Below, piece after piece: positions 36,428-45,400 of a stretch of 64,000 bases of DNA. A program made the translations under genes and the position numbers. The notes beneath the pieces were generated by a model, which had not been told where the DNA came from, made no database searches, and saw only the letters and a list, made by a program, of their open reading frames with translations. Source of the DNA: Azolla caroliniana (Eukaryota > Plantae > Polypodiophyta); NCBI GenBank assembly GCA_043228905.1, contig JBHGNT010000015.1:5580001-5644000 (forward strand), written 5' to 3'. Each line of letters starts with the position of its first letter. Position 1 is the first letter of the stretch.

Positions 36428-39400
36428 ATGTCTTCCAAGAGAGTCGAGCGCGAGGAGTCCAGGTAGGCCTCTGACACTGTGGACATTTTTGTAAATATGT
36501 TTCGTTTCCCAAGAACTCGATACGGCGTATCGAGTTCGTGTTTAAAGTATAGGTTTTAAACACGAACTCGATACGGCGTATCGAGTTCGTGTTCAAAGTG
36601 TAGGTTTTAAACACGAACTCGATACGCCGTATCGAGTTCGTGTTTAAAACCTACACTTTAAACACGAACTCGATACGCCGTATCGAGTTCGTGTATAAAT
36701 ATTTGTATTGTAAACACGAACTCGATACGGCGTATCGAGTTCGTGTTTAAAAGCTACACTTTATACACGAACTCGATACGGCGTTGTCGTGCCTTTCGGC
36801 TCCGGATCGTTGCGTGAGTCGGGTGGGAACCACAGAGGTCTTGGACTAGGAGAAAGAAGTTCGTGAGATAGAGATTAATTATGAGTAAATAGCAAAGAGA
36901 AAGATAAGAAACTCGTGAATCACACGAGTATACTATATTAATTGGTACTTAGGGTGTTAAGAGAGAAGTAGATGTATAAATCGTGAATCCCACGAATAAA
37001 TTTTGTATTGATTAATACTTAATCCAAATAATCAACAACCCTTTACATATTTCTCTCCTCCTTATATAAGGAAAGAAGAGCTAAGCATGGCTTCATGCTT
37101 TTTTTTTTTACAAAAAGTGTTCATGTCCACTAAATGTGCATGTGATGCTTTTTTATTTCCTAAGTATAGGGCTCATGCACGCTAGATGTGCATGAGTTAT
37201 TTTTAGTGTCTCGTGTTTTTCTTTTTCATATATTAAAAAATACACGATTTACCTTTTAATAAAGGTATGCATAAATAAAGGTCTTATACGTATTAAATCT
37301 ATATTTAAAACACTTAAGATAAGTTAATGTAATGGTAAGGTTGGGGTATGTCAACGTGGAGGTGCAGAGTTCGAATCACGCCTTGCGCAGTAGTGAGTAT
37401 TTTCTTCTTCTTTTTTTTTTACATTTATGTCTCTTTATCCGGCTCTTCCTTGCCGGTATGCCGTTTTCTTCCTTGCCGGTATGCCGTTTTCCTCCTTGCC
37501 GGTATGCCGTTTTCTTCCGGTTCTCACCGAGCACTCCATTCTCTATCCGGAGGGACAAAAATATAATTTCCACATAGTGTGCAACCTACACTACGACACT
37601 CGCCCCCTCCAAACCCGCACATCCTCCGGTATGTGCCGAAGTCCTTGATTCTTCGTATCTGTCTTCATCCGAAGCTTCCTCCGATTCTCCCCTTATGTCG
37701 ACTATGAGTTGTAATCCACTTTCTTCGCTTCCCGCATCATTGTGGTCTTCGTCCGATTGCTCCTCGTTGTTGGCCTTGACTTGGATCACATAAGGTTTGT
37801 CGTCGGTCCGCTTCTTGAAAATCTTCACCCGCTTCCCGGCTATAGGCACTCGTAGTATTGTTCCATCCAACTCGGACAGTCGGTACGTCCCGTTGTCGAA
37901 GACCTTCCGAACCTCGTACGGCCCGAACCACCTTTTCGCGAATTTCCGCATCGTTGTATGTTGATGGTCCAAGCTACTATCATAGACGATCACCCAATCT
38001 CCTTCTTCAATCCTCCTCGGTCGTAGTTGGTGCTTTGTGTCGAACCGGCTTTTGTTCCGGAACCGTGCTTCTTGTTGTCGGCGTGACGCTTCCGCTACAT
38101 CTTTCGGTCTTCCCTCCAGTTGTCGTATCCGGACCGCTAGTAGTTCTTCCCGGCTCATCTCTTCCTTCCACGGTAGTATTGTCCATGTCGCGATTGCGGT
38201 TTCCGTTGGCATTACCGGTGCTTGTCCGGTCATGAGTTCTGCCGGCATGTAACCGGTCACGGAGCTATGCGTCGTCCGATCCGCCCATAGTGCATACGGA
38301 AGCATTTGTGGCCAATCCTTCACCCTTCCGTCGCATGCCTTCGCAAGTGCTTTCACGATCGGACTATGTCCTCGTTCGATCTTCCCGTTGGCCTCCGGAT
38401 TGTAGGCCGTTGTCAACGTTAACCGAACTCCATGTTTGGCGAAGAATCCCCTAGCTTTGTCCGAGTCGAGTTCTCCCCGGTCCGCAATCACTTGTCCTAC
38501 GCAGCCGTACCTACAAAACACTTCTTCCAAAAGAAATTGGCACACCGCGGCACACGTTTTCCTCCGAAGCGCCCGACCTTCAACTTGGTTTGTGAGATCT
38601 TCTCGAGCTAACACCAAGTATTTCTTTTGTCCAATCCCGGTCGGCATAGCTACAATGTCGACCATCCACTTGAAGTTGATTCTCGGTGAGAATGTCGGAT
38701 GCAGCTCATCTCGGTGTCGGACCCCGGAGTAGACTTGACATTTCTCGCAGCTTTCTGTGAACTCCGCGACATCTTTATACATGTTCTTCCACCAATATCT
38801 TTGCTTGATTTTCACAAAAGTTGCCCATGTTCCTCGATGTCCAGCCCAATCGGATTCGTGGAACTCGGACATTATCCGGTTTCGTTGCTCTTTCGTCCCG
38901 ACTACTCGAAGTGGTATCCCATCCGGTCTTTTCGGCGTCCTCCATATTAAACCGTTTTCCAAGAAGAACTTTTGGACTTGCCTCTTCATCCTTCGGATCT
39001 CGGCTCTCCTTTCTTTATCATTGGTTGAATCCTCGACCTCTTGTAGCATCTTCCCGATCATCAAGGTTTTCCCCTCGTATTCTTCTTCCCGGAATTCTCG
39101 GATCACGTTCACTCGGCATATGTGTTCTGACGTGAAGTAGTCTTCGGAAACTTCTTCATTATCTGATTCGGTTATGTCGTCTTCAAACCGCGCCCTCGAT
39201 AACATGTCCGCTACCGCGTTGTCCTTCCCCGAGATGTGTCGAACCTCCGGATTAAGTGACTTGACATATGCAATCCACCTTAGCATAGCCACATCCGGTA
39301 TCGTACAACACCGCATCATCCCGAGTATCGGAAGACAATCCGTCTCGATCACCACTTCAGCTCCGATCAAATAATCCCGATCCGATTTTATCGCCGACAC

Positions 39401-42400
39401 GACTCCCCACAATTCTCTTTTGACTTGTGCATATCCGCGTTGCCTTTCGTTGAGGACCTTTGCTCCAAATCGGATCGGATACCGCGAACTATCCGAGTCG
39501 GCTTGATTGATGACCCACCCGATACCGGTTGGACTTGTATCAACCGTTACTATGATTGGCCGCTCGTAGCTTGGCTTCTTAAGTGATTCCGCCCTCCATA
39601 GTGTCTTCTTGAGCTTCCTCATGGCTTTAGTGTGTTCCGGTTTCCACTCGAATTTCTTACCTTTCCGCAACAAGTGATAGAGCGGGTCCGCTATATGTGC
39701 ATAGTGCGGAATCCATATGTGATAGAATGCACACGCACCCAGAAACCTTCGGACTTCCGATGTTGACTCACATACTTCCTTCATAGCTTGAATCGCATCG
39801 ATCTTTGTTGGTGACGGTCTTCGGCCATAGGGTCCACATAGATGTCCGACCACCAATATTTCTTCTTGCCCGAATGCCGATTTCTCCCCGGAAAGTGTTA
39901 GGTGCACATCTTCTAGCTTTCGCAACACTTTCTCGCAATCATGAATATGGTCGACCACGAACTTTCGGCATCCCCGATCATCCATAGTCTCATCTTTTTC
40001 TTCCACCGCGCATCCTTTCATCGGAATGTCATCTAGAAACGGCATCGTTATCTCCGGGATGCAATCTCGAAGCACCTTGTTCATCGCGTTCATCATATGT
40101 GCAACCGAGTTTGTCGCTCCTTGTGGTAGTGTGCACATTCGAACTAGTCCTATCGGTGTCCGCATGGTAGTGATGTCTCGGCTCTCCACGGCTAGTTGGA
40201 ATTGGTCATACCCCGAGTATAGGTCCCCGATGGAGTATATCGCACGTCCGGCAAAAGCTTCCGCGAATTCGTCCACTATCGGACCGACTCCCGAGTTCCG
40301 GATCGTGACCTTGTTCACCGGTTGCAAGTCTTGGATGAATCGGAGTGACCCATTCTTCTTTGGAACCGTAAACCATCGATTTGAGTACGGAGCACTTGAT
40401 GGCTCTAGAATCCCCATCGCCACCTTCTCCTTGAGCAAGTCGATGACTTTCGGAATATGCGCCCGTGGCACCGGAATCGGCTTCAGGTTCCACGGTACAT
40501 GATCAATCGTGAAAATCACCATCGGCTCCACTATCTTTGGATCAATGCATCCGATCTCCCTCGATGTGAACGCGAATGCTTTGCCATGTTGTTCCAACAT
40601 CTCTCGAAACCGTTTTTCTTCTTCTTGTAAGAGGAACCCACCTCCACCGATCCGAAGTTTCTTCCGGGTCTCATCTGTGAAGGCATGTCCGATATCCACG
40701 GTCTTCCGAAGTGTCGGATCTCCCGAGACTTCTTTCCTCTTTTGTTCGCTATCAGCGGGTAATGGTCCCGCGGCCGGTTTCACCTTCTTCTCCACGGTCT
40801 TGTATTTCGTACTTACCATTGCTTCTTCTTTGCGGAGCGTATCCGGCTCCATTTTCGCAATGATCTCGTACATCTCGACCGATTCCACCGGGACTACCCG
40901 GTTCCCTTGGCTTTTATCTTCCGCAAGCTCTTCAAGCCGTTGTAGTGTATTCCCATAGAACACTTCCTCGATCACTCCCACGATTTCTTCGTCTTCTTTT
41001 ATTATTGATGCCGACCGTAACTTATCCTCCACTTGTCGGTATTGTTTCTTCATTCCTCCGGTTACGGTCGTGTACGTAGATGCCCCATCCGGGCCGATTC
41101 GTACTTGTTTTGCTCCGAGAGTTTTCTTCCTGTGTGGGGTATCAGGGCTTCTCGGACTATCACTTCCCCACTCCGCAACAGTCCGCTTTAAAAATCCATT
41201 CTCACTTGGGACAAGAGTTCCCTCTTGTTCCTTTCGTGATTTGCCGGCACCGTTAGGAATTGGACGGATTTCCCTCCGTTTTGGCTCCGAATTCGCGCAA
41301 AAGCCGCACCACTATCGAGCACCTTCGTCTCCATCCGTGAAGCCGTGATAAAGGGTTGGCCGAGGATGACAGAATGTGAAACCTCATCCTGCACAAAGAA
41401 ATTTTGGTCAATTTCGACATCCCCGATCTTTACCGTCACATCCGGACAAGCCGCAAATAGGTCTTCTGTCGTTTTCGTGGCTGCCCGAATCTTCCATCCA
41501 TGGTTGGTGTTTATAGGCCACTTCCCCTTTCGGTAGAACTCCTTGGACATCAAGTTGATCTCCGATCCGTGATCAATCAATGCTAGCACGGGTTCTTTGA
41601 TGTTGCCGATTCGGACCGGAGTCTCCGTAGTCGCACGTGCCCAGTGTGGCCTTGTATAGTGGGAGTTCGGAATTTCGCCTTCCACTTCGGTGTCGTTCAT
41701 TGAAACGGTATTTGCATTCACCCTTGGAGCATTTTCCTCCGTACTTTGTCTCTTCCTTTTCACGAGATCCACGAGAAGATCGTGAAACTCCTTCTTCGCT
41801 ATTCCGAGTAGTTCCCGCAGCGAAAAATCTACCCGGCTATCCAAGATTCTTTCCTCGAACACTCTTTTCAAGTCGGTTTGTTGTTCTATGTCCGAGGCGA
41901 GCTTGAATGCCGGAGTCGCCTTTTCTTTTCCCTTACCTCCGGAGTTCCAGCTTTCCGGTATCTTCGATGGTCCGGCCGCATCCTCCGTGCGCCGTCGTTT
42001 CTCGTCCACATACACCTCATGTAATTGACACAGGGCGTATATGCTATTCTTGTCGACAGGGCACTCCCATCCCGTAGCTTCTCGGACGCCTTCCGCGGTG
42101 TTTCGGATATCGTTGGAGTCGGTTTTCTCGGTGTTTCCTAGCACCTCCGGCCAAAAAGACGCCTTCGCTCCCGATGACTCCCCGACACATATTCCCGCGG
42201 TTGTCGCATAGTTGCTTCTTGCCGCTAACTCCTCCTCGAGCACCTTCTTCATGCCGCCTTTCCGGAAGTTCGGTCGGAGTGGCTTCCGAGAGTCCATCGA
42301 ATGAATCCGGTTTCCCTCGTAGTAGATGAGATCCCGTCGTAGCGCCTCCTTATGGTCGTCGCAATCCCTCCGATCGTGTTCGGCGCTATCGCACCATATG

Positions 42401-45400
42401 CACCGTCGATCCGTATATTTGGAGCTTGTGGGGCGATCATCCGACTTCTTCACCATCGCGATCTTTAGATTCTCCATCTCCTTCAGCAGCTGCTCCACCG
42501 TAGATGCGTCGACTCCCTTCTCGGCCGTAATCTCCCGAGCCCTCGGTTGATGGTCTTCCAGTCCCGTTCTCGGTTTCGGAATCGGTTCCGAAACCCTCTT
42601 TTCTTCGTTGGCAAGCCATTGCCCCCTCTTCGTGTACCGCGCAACGATATCCCGCACGCTTTCCCATGTTTCAGTGAGGCCGCTTTCGGTGGTCGTGTCC
42701 TCAAGAAGCACTCCGAGATCTTTCCGGTCCCGGACGTCCACAGCTCGCAAAAACATGATGACTTTGTCCGGTGCAAGAATAGTTTGATCTCTCGCGGACA
42801 ACCTCCCGAACCGACTTTCGAATGTCGAAAACACTTCGAGGACCTTCAGTCCCTTACCTGACGTTTCCACCCAATCCTCGAATCCCCTCCGCGTTGCCTT
42901 GGAGGAGTCCTCGATGGCAAACGTGTTCTTTAACGCCTCTTCGAATGCTTCCCACGTCGGATTTTGTTGTTGCAACCCGTGGATACTCCCTTGAAGCCCG
43001 TCGGTCGCCACCCGGTTAAAGGATGTCACTTGCAGTCCTTCCGAAGCCCGGCACCGGAGCATCTCCGCCTTGTAGTCCTGCAAATATCGCGACACATCCT
43101 TACCATTAAATTGCCCGTTGCGTTGCACGAGCCGCTCTACTGATGCCGAAATCTCCGACATCGTGCGTTGTTCTTGAAGCATCCGTTCGAACATCGCCAT
43201 CATATTGTTAGCTTGTTGAGCCTCCATCTCCTTGCCACCCGTCTTCACGTCGGGTTCACCAACTGTGTCGTGCCTTTCGGCTCCGGATCGTTGCGTGAGT
43301 CGGGTGGGAACCACAGAGGTCTTGGACTAGGAGAAAGAAGTTCGTTAGATAGAGATTAATTATGAGTAAATAGCAAAGAGAAAGATAAGAAACTCGTGAA
43401 TCACACGAGTATACTATATTAATTGGTACTTAGGGTGTTAAGAGAGAAGTAGATGTATAAATCGTGAATCCCACGAATAAATTTTGTATTGATTAATACT
43501 TAATCCAAATAATCAACAACCCTTTACATATTTCTCTCCTCCTTATATAAGGAAAGAAGAGCTAAGCATGGCTTCATGCTTTTTTTTTTTACAAAAAGTG
43601 TTCATGTCCACTAAATGTGCATGTGATGCTTTTTTATTTCCTAAGTATAGGGCTCATGCACGCTAGATGTGCATGAGTTATTTTTAGTGTCTCGTGTTTT
43701 TCTTTTTCATATATTAAAAAATACACGATTTACCTTTTAATAAAGGTATGCATAAATAAAGGTCTTATACGTATTAAATCTATATTTAAAACACTTAAGA
43801 TAAGTTAATGTAATGGTAAGGTTGGGGTATGTCAACGTGGAGGTGCGGAGTTCGAATCACGCCTTGCGCAGTAGTGAGTATTTTCTTCTTCTTTTTTTTT
43901 TACATTTATGTCTCTTTATCCGGCTCTTCCTTGCCGGTATGCCGTTTTCTTCCTTGCCGGTATGCCGTTTTCCTCCTTGCCGGTATGCCGTTTTCTTCCG
44001 GTTCTCACCGAGCACTCCATTCTCTATCCGGAGGGACAAAAATATAATTTCCACATAGTGTGCAACCTACACTACGACAGCGTATCGAGTTCGTGTTTAA
44101 AGTGTAGCCTTTGAGAGAGAAAAATCGTTTACGGGGGGAAATGATATCAAATTGTCTGGCAAAATCAGTCTTTTTTATGTTGACTTTACTTACGTTTAAA
44201 CAAATACATGCTCTAATTATAGGTGTTTTATGACCTACTTTAGCTTAAAATAGTAGAAAATGATCTACAAATTGCCTTCACTATGGCAAATTCTCCTCAA
44301 TATAGGTTTAGAATCTATATAAGTCACACCTACTATTTAAAAGAATATATAACCCGTTTTACTTATTACGATATATATTTTCTAGGTTGAATAGCCTTGC
44401 CTATAATAGATTTTTGAATATGTTACTGCTCCTGGAAACTGTTCTTCATTATAATAACAACTTCAATCTACGTGACTGTCTAACTTATGTTTTTGCATAT
44501 ACTTTCTTAAATAGGTCGTTTGAGAACCTGTCAGACCAACCCGTGAAGAAAATTAAGCTTCGCATACAAGGTTCTCCAATCGAAGCCCAGACCAAGGTAA
44601 CTCCGGAGACCATGAAGAGAGGAAAAAAGCTTCTCTTTAACGAAGAGACAAAATCTCAGTCACATAGTGATGTAAGCCAAAAGAAACTTGTCGCCGCTAC
44701 TGGAGGCGAAGACCTTCCTGACCGAGATCTAACGGACAAGGAATGGTGTATGCAATATGTCGACTCAAAGAAAAAAGTCGTATTGTATACAGCAAAGAAG
44801 AAGGGTGAGGGGCAGCTAGGAAAAGAAACTCCATTTATGTATGGCCGAATTCTACGATTTGACTACGAAGATGCAGATTCGGCCAACATACTGGTAATGA
44901 TAGAGTGCTCCAAGGGGGTACGCAAAGTGTTCCTTTCAGAAGACCTTTTAGTAAAGGAATCTTGTGGGCCTGAAGTGTTCAAAAAAGCACTTGATAACTC
45001 ACAAAACCTGATTGTTACCTTGAGGCCTTATATACAAGGCCATGTAACTCTAAGAGATGAAGAGCCCTCCCACTTGAAGGCCACTAAAAAGGTATCCAAA
45101 GTCCAGTCAAGACCAGCCAAGAAGAAGACAACGAAAATGTCGAATACGGATTCGACAAGTGAAAATGAAGAAGAGGATAATAAGGGGACGCCAGGAGCCG
45201 AGCTGGCCTCGGGTGTCTTGTCATCCGAGCAGAATAAAATAAGGAGAGAGTTAATGCAACGGAAGCTGGTCAGGAAAGGGCAAGTATTTAATTTGCCTAT
45301 AACACACATCCATCGGCCCCCTATTGATGAAAAAACAGGTCGAAGACCACTTGAGATTAGAGAGCCTCATCGCATGCATGTTCAAAATCTCAAGAAAAAA

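Larger units (their letters stand above)
36785..44079 (-). mobile_element. Young, apparently intact Ty3/gypsy element K (no chromodomain), 814-bp LTRs at 36785-37598 and 43266-44079
   Basis: LTRs differ at about 2 positions by eye. 4-bp TSD GCGT, PBS TGGTGAACCCGACGTGAA (tRNA-Trp), PPT GGAGGGGGCGAG, two uninterrupted ORFs. Confidence 0.95.

Noticed and set aside
36233-36614. QSTQST-repeat ORF and the antisense 103-aa ORF
   Set aside because: By-products of a 9-bp UTR repeat and the palindrome array. Only MSSKRVEREESR is used, as exon 1.
36513-36784. CRISPR array
   Set aside because: Spacers are short, related to each other and in both orientations rather than unique; no cas genes; eukaryotic intron context.
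37320-37390. Functional tRNA gene
   Set aside because: A/B-box-like motifs are present, but no complete cloverleaf could be folded by eye. Kept only as a tRNA-like finding.
37737-43359. Numerous overlapping short ORFs on both strands within gypsy K (and likewise in A, D and H)
   Set aside because: Shadow ORFs of GC-rich gag-pol coding sequence with no recognisable motifs.
44387-44514. N-terminus of the 589-aa ORF as listed in the ORF track
   Set aside because: It starts at TTG in AT-rich sequence ending in a pyrimidine-rich tract and AG at 44514. Better read as intron, with exon 1 at 36428-36462.
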